DNA from: a virus
Lineage: Duplodnaviria > Caudoviricetes
Virus record (IMG/VR): IMGVR_UViG_3300016472_000394
Coordinates: 1 to 62,137 of that record
Strand: one strand, 5' to 3'
DNA length: 62,137 nucleotides
Within the stretch, counting starts at the first letter, position 1; every line of letters starts with the position of its first letter. The notes under the pieces are model-generated. The model made no database searches and was not told where the DNA came from. It worked only from the letters and a program-made list of their open reading frames with translations. The position numbers and the translations under genes are program-made. Positions 1 to 10,100 of the stretch are shown in pieces.

Positions 1-1034
1 TTAGCAACTTTCTTAGGGTCTCCACCTGTTTTAACATCTTTAATAGTTTGGTCTAATCTCGTTTTAATACTACGAATTGCTTCATCGGGATTTACAGTTA
101 GTACTGAACTCATAAATGATAATACCTCAGAACCAACACCTAAAAATATATCCTCAAATGGTCGAATATTATCTTTTGATATTTTTTGATGGTCGTTTTT
201 ATCCACACCCAATGCCCATTGTAATACTTTTTCCGATTTAATTGTTTTACTACTTAATCCAAAACCTTTATTAAAGAATGCCCACCTTCTTACCAATCCA
301 TCTTTTGTTTCTTTATCTAACTTTTCAGGTGAATTTTTTTCTATGTAATCATCCCACCAAGCCTGATGATACTCTGCCATACCATCACTATCTTTTAACC
401 CAAATTTAGATTGTAATTTTTGCAACATCCCCAAAAACTTTGGTTGTAATTGTTTTAAGCTTTCCTCTTTTGGTAATTGAGTAACGGGTGGCCCTTGTAT
501 GGTATATTTGTCTTGAACATGCTGATTTACCTGTTTAATCATCCCAGCTAATATGGTAGCATCGGATTGTTCTGCTCCAATTGCCACACCACTATCATCG
601 TATTCAGTTGTGTTATGAAATACTAAAAGAGCCTGACCATAAGCTATTACATTTACGGAGGTTGGATAAATAACCTCTAAGTTCATAAATTTCTTACCCT
701 GCTTAAATATTTTGTCCCGTTGTGCTTTGGATAAACTACCCACCGCTTTTTCTAAATCTTTCATAGCAAAGTTGTAAGCATCGGTTAATCCACCTCTACC
801 AGCAAATTTAGTAGCAACATCCGTTATGGACATTGCATTTTCACCACTATTTGCTAAGTGCCCTTTATTTCTTGCAGCAATTAATCCCCTATCATCTCTC
901 CAACTAATAGCAAGTGCTTGGCCATCCGTATTATGAACCAATATTTTGTTTGCATAATAGCATGAGAAATTATCAACTTTTATATCGTATCTAGTCTGAA
1001 CTTTATTTATTCTTTTTATTGATTTAATTTTCAT
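1..1034 (-). CDS. C-terminal half of a fractured gene (3'-truncated by window): 35-aa C-intein followed by C-extein of a putative nucleotidyltransferase/ligase-like phage protein
   Basis: Not in the ORF track. Manual translation from ATG at 1034: MKIKSIKRINKVQTRYDIKVDNFSCYYANKILVHN|TDGQALAISWRDDRG..., apparently open to the window edge. Confidence 0.9.
   Translation of the reverse strand, partial: MKIKSIKRINKVQTRYDIKVDNFSCYYANKILVHNTDGQALAISWRDDRGLIAARNKGHLANSGENAMSITDVATKFAGRGGLTDAYNFAMKDLEKAVGSLSKAQRDKIFKQGKKFMNLEVIYPTSVNVIAYGQALLVFHNTTEYDDSGVAIGAEQSDATILAGMIKQVNQHVQDKYTIQGPPVTQLPKEESLKQLQPKFLGMLQKLQSKFGLKDSDGMAEYHQAWWDDYIEKNSPEKLDKETKDGLVRRWAFFNKGFGLSSKTIKSEKVLQWALGVDKNDHQKISKDNIRPFEDIFLGVGSEVLSFMSSVLTVNPDEAIRSIKTRLDQTIKDVKTGGDPKKVA
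930..1034 (-). mobile_element. Split intein, C-terminal part (IntC, 35 aa)
   Basis: Block F (YDIKVDN..CYYAN) and block G (ILVHN) followed by a Thr +1 nucleophile. Confidence 0.92.
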
Positions 1035-1938
1035 ATTTAATCCTTATAAAATTACAGCCTAATAATTTTTCTATTTCTTTTTGACGTATTATATCTTTAT
1101 TTTTAAGAGAACCATCTTTATTAAAATGGCTTTTTTCATCAATTTCAATTACAACATTTTTTTCTTTACTATAACCATCTACAAAATAACCAAGCTCTTT
1201 TATATAATATTCACCACCATTTTCAGCATGTCTTAAATCGGTTATACCAAGTTCTTTTGCTTTTTGCTCTAATATTGATATAGATTTAATATTGTATGAT
1301 GGTATAATTTGCCCACCATTGGATATTTGTTTTTGTATTTTTTGTAAAGTTATAAGCCTTTGTTTTTTTCTAATTTCATCATTTTTAGCAGGATTATCTA
1401 CACCATATTTTACATATATTTTTTTAACATAATCGTTGTGTAATACACTATCTTTACATAGATGACTATATGCACCATATTTTTCAATATTGGTATGTTG
1501 TATTTTTTCTTTCACTAACGGATGTTGGAATACATTATCAACCCCATATTTTTCTTTAACTGTTTTATTTCTTTTTTCATATGATACAGTACCTTTACTT
1601 AAAGGGTTTGTTGCACCATATTTTTTTAAATTAGTTTTTTCAATTTTTGATTTATACCCCTCCATATAATGAGATTGTTTAATATTTCTAATAGGTATAT
1701 TCAACCTTCTCAATTGTTTATTTATTATGGTAGATGAATCCCAACCATTATCATTTGCAATTTGCAGTGCTGATTTTCCTTTAACTATATATTCTTCATA
1801 TAAAAAATCATAATTAAAAGTATTATCTCTCCACTCTTTATATTTTTTACAACCCGTTATATGCCCATTCATACTGTTTTTTCCAACGATTTCAATTTTT
1901 TTTCCGCAATAGTTACATTCTTTTTTCATAATAGGCAT
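1024..1938 (-). CDS. Free-standing homing endonuclease (Vsr-like/EDxHD PD-(D/E)XK type) lying between the split-intein halves
   Basis: N-terminal CNYC...H...C, repeated T..EKYG..N DNA-binding-like repeats, C-terminal YFVDGY...VVIEIDEKSH...D..RQ nuclease motif. Confidence 0.8.
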   Translation of the reverse strand: MPIMKKECNYCGKKIEIVGKNSMNGHITGCKKYKEWRDNTFNYDFLYEEYIVKGKSALQIANDNGWDSSTIINKQLRRLNIPIRNIKQSHYMEGYKSKIEKTNLKKYGATNPLSKGTVSYEKRNKTVKEKYGVDNVFQHPLVKEKIQHTNIEKYGAYSHLCKDSVLHNDYVKKIYVKYGVDNPAKNDEIRKKQRLITLQKIQKQISNGGQIIPSYNIKSISILEQKAKELGITDLRHAENGGEYYIKELGYFVDGYSKEKNVVIEIDEKSHFNKDGSLKNKDIIRQKEIEKLLGCNFIRIKYEN

Positions 1939-1981
1939 TCTTTCATATAAATATAGAGATTGTGAAAAAACCGATGGGTGA

Positions 1982-2278
1982 TTACAGTATTTTTAACCTC
2001 ATATCCTCTGTTAAATCTTTGGCCTGAACATATCCAATATCTTCAACATACATTCTGTGATTTGGTGTTACTTGAATAGTTTTACCATCTTCTAATTCAA
2101 TCTCTAACCACTCATCACTATCATCGTTATTGAAACCCTCTATAACAGCCATATATTCGTTATTACCAGTTTCCGAATTGAATGATAATACATCATCCGT
2201 TATTTTATTATCCACAAAATGTGATATGGTCATATCGCCATTATTTTTAGTATGAATTATACTATCACCTGCTATACA
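1982..2278 (-). mobile_element. Split intein, N-terminal part (IntN, 98 aa)
   Basis: Block A CIAGDSII after ...TREK, block B IQVTPNHRMY, then GYVQAKDL, ending at a stop codon. Confidence 0.92.
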
Positions 2279-3544
2279 TTTTTCTCGAGTCAATTCAAGT
2301 TCACCATTTAGGGCTTTTGTTATTATGTTTTTTAAATCACCAAAGGTTAAATTTAATTCATTATCAAATGGATGATTCATATGACCGTATGCACCACCTT
2401 CGGTTAAAAAGTTAGAAAACCTTTTACCAATAGTTTCCAATAATTTATATTGTTTTTTATCTAATATTTCTAATTTTTTTCCAAGTATCCACTCAACAAC
2501 CTCATAACCCATTCCTCTATATACTTCTTTTAAATCAGTATCTTCTAATCCAGTTATTTCAACCTCCGGCGCATTTTGGGTAGTATCTAATGGAGATGTT
2601 GCCAGGTCAGCAGTTAAATAATTTTCCGTTTCAGGAATATCCAGCAAATCATCCATAGTGAATACCTTTCTCCTACTTACATATTGATAAAAATCACCAG
2701 TACCTTTTGCACTTTTTCTAACCATTACATCTGCTTTTGGAAAATGCATTTGGGTATATCCACCATTTACAAACCAATAATCATTTTTTTGCGCATCTTT
2801 TCCAAGTCCTAATATTCTTTTTTTATTATCTGGAACAAAAATTGCATCAGGTTCTCCTGCATCCGCACCATACCCACCACTCAATGTAGATTCAATTAGG
2901 GGGATTATACTATAATTTTGTAAGAAATTAGTAATTATTTCGTTTACACCACCCAACTTTTTGGAAATCATATCAAATATTTCCCGATTCCATTTGGGAT
3001 ATGCTTTCTTAAACCCTGCTTTCTTTTGCGATTCATCTCCCCTCGATAACCAATTACGAACATCCGTTCCACTTATTGCATTTTTTTGAGCAGGAGATAC
3101 ATACACATAACCATGATCTTTATAACCAAATGCGGGTTTGAAACCATCTCCTGAATGAAATTTCTTAAAATACTTTCCACCAAGTCTTGCAGCATCTTTC
3201 TCACCAACAACAGTTACAAATGCAGTTGTATCATCTGGAAACCCTTTTAGTATTTCAGTTGGTGCGTATGGGTTTTTTACTTGAACGATTTTGTCTGATG
3301 AAATACCAAACATTACCATCATTATTTTTTTCTTCTCCAAAAAATTAAAAGGGTCTTTCGGTCCACCACTTTTGTTGGATGTTCCAATGAATACATTTTC
3401 TTTACCGAATTTTGATACTAAATTTTTATATGTTGCGTAATGCCCTTTATGAAATGGTTGAAATCTACCTGCGTAAACTACAACGGTCTTATTTACTTCT
3501 TCAGTTAATACAGATTTAACCCATTCTTTTATTAAATTTCCCAT
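1982..3544 (-). CDS. N-terminal half of fractured gene: cytidylyltransferase-like (HxGH) domain + GGAYGHMNHPFD domain + IntN
   Basis: YAGRFQPFHKGH motif, ISGTDVR motif, EGGAYGHMNHPFD, then intein. Confidence 0.85.
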   Translation of the reverse strand: MGNLIKEWVKSVLTEEVNKTVVVYAGRFQPFHKGHYATYKNLVSKFGKENVFIGTSNKSGGPKDPFNFLEKKKIMMVMFGISSDKIVQVKNPYAPTEILKGFPDDTTAFVTVVGEKDAARLGGKYFKKFHSGDGFKPAFGYKDHGYVYVSPAQKNAISGTDVRNWLSRGDESQKKAGFKKAYPKWNREIFDMISKKLGGVNEIITNFLQNYSIIPLIESTLSGGYGADAGEPDAIFVPDNKKRILGLGKDAQKNDYWFVNGGYTQMHFPKADVMVRKSAKGTGDFYQYVSRRKVFTMDDLLDIPETENYLTADLATSPLDTTQNAPEVEITGLEDTDLKEVYRGMGYEVVEWILGKKLEILDKKQYKLLETIGKRFSNFLTEGGAYGHMNHPFDNELNLTFGDLKNIITKALNGELELTREKCIAGDSIIHTKNNGDMTISHFVDNKITDDVLSFNSETGNNEYMAVIEGFNNDDSDEWLEIELEDGKTIQVTPNHRMYVEDIGYVQAKDLTEDMRLKIL

Positions 3545-3549
3545 ATGAA

Positions 3550-3557
3550 TATAAATA
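3550..3557 (-). promoter_or_regulatory. Putative late promoter motif TATTTATA
   Basis: Same motif directly upstream of several genes (1946-1953, 19561-19568; variants near 29640 and 38460). Confidence 0.45.
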
Positions 3558-3577
3558 TAAGATTATTGATTAATCAA

Positions 3578-4555
3578 TTATGGTGTGTATGATGATGTAT
3601 AGTATGGTAAAAATAATATAACATTAGAAAATCCAGACGCTCCTCCTAAATCACTTTGTAATTTTATTTGTAAAAATCCATCCGGATCACCCAATACACC
3701 AAACACAGGTTGACCATCTCTATCAGAATTTCTTATTATTGGAATATTACCACTACTCCAATCGTTCTTTTGCTCTTCTGTTATCGTTGAACCCGATGGT
3801 GGTGTTGTATCATTCCAAGCAGTTGCTGTCAAATTTAATGTCAAAGCACCACCATTTGCATCTGGAATTATACTATTAAGATCTGATGCCAATGAATATG
3901 CGTTAGAAGCCGATATTGAGGTTGCTACCAAGCTACTACTTACCGAACTTAATTTGGTGTCGGTACTTATCAGGCTACTACTTACCGAACTTAATTTGGT
4001 GTTGGTACTTATCAGGCTACTACTTACATCAATAAGAACATCATTTCGGTCGGTTCTTTTATTTATAGTACTGCCTGTTACATAAACTTGCAATTCACCT
4101 AAAGAGCCCGTTGAAAATTGAAAATACTCTGATGCAGTATGGGGTGTTTGCGTAGATGATTGCGTGTAATATAAAATATTTAAATAACCATTTAAAGAAC
4201 TATTATTTTTAAAATAGTATGCAGAATTAGATGCCGTTGAAATTGTTGTATTACCACCCCCATATGATATGGTAAATGTCGATGATATAAATGGTGCTCC
4301 AATAGATTGTACATTGGGTTCTATTATAGATGCGGATGGGAACGATGCTGATATTATATATATTATTGGAGAATTAACTAAATCTCCAACCCAACTTATA
4401 CCATTTATTGATTCTATATCACCGGTATATTCACCACTTAATGTTAAACTACCAGATGTTATACCCGTAATTTGATAATTTGAAGAAGTTTGAATATTAA
4501 CGGTTTGATTAATATAACTATATTTTATTGGAACTTTATAAACAATATTACTCAT
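3578..4555 (-). CDS. Putative virion/tail-associated structural protein (Ser/Thr-rich)
   Basis: 325 aa, S/T/G-rich like neighbouring fibre genes, short coiled-coil repeat. Confidence 0.55.
   Translation of the reverse strand: MSNIVYKVPIKYSYINQTVNIQTSSNYQITGITSGSLTLSGEYTGDIESINGISWVGDLVNSPIIYIISASFPSASIIEPNVQSIGAPFISSTFTISYGGGNTTISTASNSAYYFKNNSSLNGYLNILYYTQSSTQTPHTASEYFQFSTGSLGELQVYVTGSTINKRTDRNDVLIDVSSSLISTNTKLSSVSSSLISTDTKLSSVSSSLVATSISASNAYSLASDLNSIIPDANGGALTLNLTATAWNDTTPPSGSTITEEQKNDWSSGNIPIIRNSDRDGQPVFGVLGDPDGFLQIKLQSDLGGASGFSNVILFLPYYTSSYTP
3932..4027. repeat. 42-bp in-frame tandem repeat, about 2.3 copies (VSSSLIST[N/D]TKLSS)
   Basis: gctactacttaccgaacttaatttggtgt(c/t)ggtacttatcag twice plus a partial copy. 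Confidence 0.9.
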
Positions 4556-4557
4556 AT

Positions 4558-7110
4558 TTAATTATTTCTTTTTTTTAAGTTGTTTATTTCTTCTTCAAGT
4601 TTTTCTACTTTATCTAATAAATACTCTATTACTTTTGATTGGTATGGTATTACTTTTAGATAATCAACACTTAATTGTTGTCCTTCATAAAATTTAATAT
4701 CACCGTCTATATATTCTTTTATTTCATCATTAGGTGTGGTAGAAACTATATGTTCAAATCCAGCTTTTACAAAATCTTGTGCAATAAATCCGCTTGAAAA
4801 ACTTTTATCATCTTTTATATCCCAATTATATGTTACGGGTTTTACTTCTTTGATTAATTTAGTAGCATCTTCTATCTTAATTTCATTTATATTTTTCTTA
4901 AATCTAATATCGGATAAATGTTTTATTCCACCAGAAAAAACAAGCAATTCTCTTGAAAGAATTTTACCTTCTGCGAATATAGAAACATCATTAATTACTG
5001 TGTTAGCATTTCCGGTTTGATAACCTGTCAATATACCTGTTGTAGCATCCTGAGTTGGGTCCTGATTTATCCATCCCCATGCAGTTGTTGGAGAATTACT
5101 ACCAACCTGAATTGTAGAATTTGGGGTATTAAAAACTGATAATACTGCAACACTACCACTTTCGGGTTTATTATACATACTTGGTGCTGTAGCATGAGTT
5201 CCGGTTACTATCACTCCACGAGAACCACTAATTATTACATTTGTATCAATCATTCTAATACCACCCGTTGCCCAGCCACTATTTTGATTAAGTGGAATTT
5301 GTGATATAGTTAATATATCATTTCGATTGGTTGTTATTCCATTACCAACCGTAAATAATCGACCACCATCACCAAAATCTTTATTGAACCTGCCAATAGT
5401 AGTTTCAAAGTCTGCATAAGAAATTGTTTCTTGTCCCGACGAATTAGAACCCTGACCGATAGCAATAGTGTTCCACCCTCTTGAATTAGAACCATCACCA
5501 ATAGATATACAACCACCGCCTTCAGCATGGGAAAATGAACCTGATGATATTGAACCCACACCCTCAGCATGGGAATAAGAACCGGATGCTGTTGTTAAAT
5601 AACCTTCAGCATGAGAAAAATCACCATATGCTATTGTGTTATATCCTTCAGCATGGGAACTATTACCATACGTTTTTGTAAAATTGCCTTCAGCGTGTGA
5701 ATTTTCACCATATGCTATTGTATCAATTCCTTCGGATCGTGAATATGAACCCGATGCAATTGTATTATTTCCCTCAGCATGAGAATAAGAACCGCTTGCT
5801 GTTGTGTTATAACCTTGAGCATGAGAATAAATACCAATTGCTTGTGTAAATATTCCTTGCTGAAAAGTCCCCTCTATATCTAATTTTGCGGATGGGGTTG
5901 ATGTTCCTATGCCAACTGCTCCATTTTCTCCTGCATTTGTGGTTGCATTATAATCATAAACAAAATCTAATGAGCCACTAAGTACTTCATTACCCGCACT
6001 TCCACTTGCGAATTGTATTGCTTTGTTCGGTTCTACATTGATAGTACCTCCACCGCCGATTGTTAAAGATGATGTAAAATATGTAACTTCACCACTCACA
6101 GTATCATACATTAATAGGTGTTGTTGGGAGATATTTCTTGATTCGGTTAAATAAAGTGAGCCTGTTATTTTAAAATGAGAACCAGATGTTTCTACTAAAT
6201 TTTTTCTATTTGAATTATCGGCTCCATTACCTATTATAAAAGAAGATGGTATAGATGATGGTATATTATATCGCCCTATAGTTAATTGGTAATTACCATT
6301 TGCTATTGTACCCAGCCCTTCGGCGTGGGAAGCTAAACCATATGTATGCGTTAAATAACCTTCGGCATGAGAATATATACCTGATGCTGTTGTATAACCC
6401 CCTTCAGCATGGGAATAAGAACCTGATGCTATTGTTGAGTGACCTTCAGCATGAGAGGCATCACCGTATGCATCTGTATAGTAACCTTCGGCATGGGAAT
6501 AATTACCGTATGCATCTGTACCATAACCTTCAGTATGGGAATGATTACCGTATGCCTCTGTTAATCCCCCTTCAGCATGGGAAGCAGTACCAAAAGCCCG
6601 TGATATCACACCTTCAGCGTGGGAATATGAACCTGATGCTGTTGTGTTACCTCCTTCAGCGTGGGAATACTCACCTTTTGCTTGTACATTTGTTCCTTGC
6701 TGAAAAGTACCCCGAACATCTAATTTTGCTGTTGGATTAGAAAGGCCCAATCCAACCCTTTGATTATTATAATCATAAACAAAATCTAATGAACCACTTA
6801 ATACTCCCGGACTACCACTTGCGAATTGAACTGCGGTGTTTGGGCTTACATTTAATTGTACATCCCCAAGAAATTCTTTCCAATCATTTGCGGTGTTTGT
6901 TCTTGTGTTAAAATTCCCCGTGTTTATGTATATATACATAGTTTCATTATCCTGCTGATAGCATAATAACCCATGATAACATATTGTTGGGTCGATAGCC
7001 AATCTTTCCGATTCATCTTCCGCTAACATTCGAAAGTCCAATGCCCATGATGGAAGAATTCCATCAAAATAAAGAGGAAAAGATAGTGGCGTAGGTGATG
7101 GTGTGGGCAT
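4558..7110 (-). CDS. Tail fibre protein with SHAEG (YadA/Hep_Hag-like) repeats and C-terminal intramolecular chaperone (peptidase S74)
   Basis: Many 14-aa SHAEG..T.A.G repeats; SDIRFKKNINEI...PVTYNW...GFIAQD...VDY; terminal coiled coil. Confidence 0.85.
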   Translation of the reverse strand: MPTPSPTPLSFPLYFDGILPSWALDFRMLAEDESERLAIDPTICYHGLLCYQQDNETMYIYINTGNFNTRTNTANDWKEFLGDVQLNVSPNTAVQFASGSPGVLSGSLDFVYDYNNQRVGLGLSNPTAKLDVRGTFQQGTNVQAKGEYSHAEGGNTTASGSYSHAEGVISRAFGTASHAEGGLTEAYGNHSHTEGYGTDAYGNYSHAEGYYTDAYGDASHAEGHSTIASGSYSHAEGGYTTASGIYSHAEGYLTHTYGLASHAEGLGTIANGNYQLTIGRYNIPSSIPSSFIIGNGADNSNRKNLVETSGSHFKITGSLYLTESRNISQQHLLMYDTVSGEVTYFTSSLTIGGGGTINVEPNKAIQFASGSAGNEVLSGSLDFVYDYNATTNAGENGAVGIGTSTPSAKLDIEGTFQQGIFTQAIGIYSHAQGYNTTASGSYSHAEGNNTIASGSYSRSEGIDTIAYGENSHAEGNFTKTYGNSSHAEGYNTIAYGDFSHAEGYLTTASGSYSHAEGVGSISSGSFSHAEGGGCISIGDGSNSRGWNTIAIGQGSNSSGQETISYADFETTIGRFNKDFGDGGRLFTVGNGITTNRNDILTISQIPLNQNSGWATGGIRMIDTNVIISGSRGVIVTGTHATAPSMYNKPESGSVAVLSVFNTPNSTIQVGSNSPTTAWGWINQDPTQDATTGILTGYQTGNANTVINDVSIFAEGKILSRELLVFSGGIKHLSDIRFKKNINEIKIEDATKLIKEVKPVTYNWDIKDDKSFSSGFIAQDFVKAGFEHIVSTTPNDEIKEYIDGDIKFYEGQQLSVDYLKVIPYQSKVIEYLLDKVEKLEEEINNLKKRNN

Positions 7111-7133
7111 AAATAATATATCCTATTTAATGA

Positions 7134-10100
7134 TTATCTTCTTTTACAATAAACGTAATATGTTTTCGGCTGACCACCAAGCTGATGGGTTGTGGGTATT
7201 TTTCTAACATAAGCCGCATAATGACCAATCAAATATTCTGCGAACCCTATAGTATTAGTTGGATTAATAAGATTGGTACCTGGAATGGTCGAATCCCATA
7301 TACCGGCAATTTCTATATTTCTATTTACAATAAAATACTCTCTTTTTTTGGAACTTCCCAAATAACCAATTGTGAATAGTGGGTTGCTTTGTGGTGTGCT
7401 ACTTCCATTTGGTGTTATTCCATTATTGTATGTTAAATCAAATCCAACTGAACCTGTTATTAAACTATTATTAGTAGTTCTTGTATCCCATCTCCTCAAA
7501 TCATAAATTGATTCGGTAGTCATAACCTGATTAAAATCGTCTTCAAAAAAAGAACCTGAACGGATACTTATCGTTTTAAACAATGTAAATACCTCAAGTT
7601 GATTATTACAAAATATTGGTGGGTCATTTAAATTAAAGTGTGGAACTCCGCTAGGATTTCTTGAAGAACTAAAAGATGATGATGCCCATATTCTTAAATA
7701 ACTTCTCTGTTGAAAATTAACACCCAACTCATCCCAGGGGTTATTCAATGGGCTAGTTGTAGGTATGCCAATATTTCTTTGTGTTTCATTAGAACTAACC
7801 ACAAAATTATCATTTCCCAAAGAACCACTTAATGATCCTGTTAATTGAAAAGTTAAATTTGCCGTTTGAATATTATTTTGAGTAGTTGTACTTGTCCAAC
7901 TTAAATCCTGATATATGTTTTGGTTATTATCCCTAAGATATCTGTATAGTGTTGGTTTCCCACCAATAAACTCCCAAGCCGGTTGTGATGTATTTATATT
8001 AACAGTTTCTATGGTTATACTACCACTATCACCCATTTCAGTTATTATAGTATTTAATTGATTTGCACTTTTAAATCCAAAGGCAAGACCTGATGTGGAA
8101 TTGGGTTGGGGTTTTTGACTTGGTATATATGTATTAGGGCAATCTCTTGGTGATGGGGAAAATGTTGCTGTCGAACTACACATTGCCCATGTTGTGGAAT
8201 CAAATCTGGACTCTGATATCGATGCCGTTACTCTAAATGTGTAAGATACTTGTCCAAAAGATGATGATGGTATTCCAAATGTTATTGATGTATTTGGAGA
8301 AGATGGTACATAATTTATACTTCCAGTTTTCCATAATTCCAAACTCCCCGAATGTAACGATGCGGAAATTAAAGTAACATTTAATTGTGGTGCAGGTGAA
8401 CATACACCATACGGGTTATTATGAGTAAAACCAACGTTAATGGCATATGAAGCGGTTTCCCTATTATGCCTTTTATCATTACCAGTAGTACCCAATAATG
8501 GGGTTGTTGTAATGGGTTGACATGTAACTATAAATGGATATGGTTGCGTTATGTTAAAAGATGTGGGATTACACTTTAACCGGGCCCATGCATTTGGGTT
8601 TCCATATTCGGATGTATAACTTGCAGTAACTACAAATGTATAATTAACATTACCAATAGATGATGTTGGTATTGTCCATGTTATTGGTAATGATGAACGT
8701 GACTCGTTATCAACCCCCCATATCTGCGAACTTCCCGAAAAAAGTGAAGCGGAAATTACAGTAATGTCGTTTGATATTGGTGATTGTACCGTAAATCCAA
8801 AAGTTAAATTATATTCATCGGATTCGTTTGGTAATCTACATGGATTAAATCCAGTTGCAGTTATTGTTTGGCAGTTTAATATGATTGTGGATGGGCCGGG
8901 TGGGCCTGTTGGTCCTGTTGCTCCGGAGGAAGTTCCGTATGTAAATAATCCACTTTGGGAATCGTATAAAATGGTCCAAGGTTGTTGTATTTTTGGTAAT
9001 CTTGCAATCACACCCCCCTCAACATGCAATCTTTCATTTGGATTAATCGTTCCTATACCAACATCGCCGGAATTTTTAATAATGAATGGGTTGTTACTTA
9101 TTTGTGGCCATAAAACTGATTCAGAGCCAATAAATGTACCCATAGATGAACTTATAAAAAATGGGTCTCTATTTCTTCTATCAAGATTAAAAAATTCATA
9201 ATATGAACCGGTACTTGGGTGTAGGGTTGGTATATCTAATATTATTATTTTATCCGAATTGATTAATCTTCCACCATTTGAAGTTTGTAACTTATACCCG
9301 GTTCTATATTGGTTAAAATTACCACCAATCATAACATTACTATCATCTAATTTTAATGATGTTAATACACCACCATCGTTTATTAGATTTCTACCGGAAA
9401 CATTAGAATCATATGGTTGCCCATCGGTTTCCGATAATAATACCAATCTTTTTATACGAGTATCCTCACCACCAGATAATGGATTGAAATAACCACCAAC
9501 CAAAACAAAATCATCATCTAATCGGTTTATTGTTCTTACACTATTTGTAAGACCGAAAAATAATCCACCAACAGTCCCTATCCAAGTATCATCTAAAGCA
9601 CCCGTATCTTTATCTATTTTTGCTATTTTATAAGCAGCAGAACCGGAATATTTATCAAACATACCACCAATCCATAAATCATCAGCATTTGGATTATGAA
9701 TGGTATAAACATTAGAACCTGATGTCCCACCATTTATAGAACCGCTTTGATTGAATTGAGAAATTATACTACCACTTTTATTTATTTTTAATATCCCACT
9801 ATTACCATACTGATAATCATTAGAACCTGAATATGCTATAAAATTTCCTGCTACAAATATACCATAATTTGCATCGAAACTTTCTATGGAAAAAATTTGA
9901 GTGTTACTACCAGTATCAAATTTTCCGGTAAAATATTTTATCAAACTCCCCGTCGGGTCTAATTTTAATATTCTAAGAGCAGAACCCGAATATTCAGTAA
10001 ACGCTCCCCCAATGTAAACTGAACCAGTATGAGGTGTTTCATTTGATACATAAATTGTATTTACAATATTATTTAATTTACCATGCTCACTAAAATTATT

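Noticed and set aside
1024-1938. Group I intron carrying the endonuclease
   Set aside because: Flanks are too short for an intron core (43 nt upstream, overlap downstream), and both host halves carry intein motifs with their own stop and start
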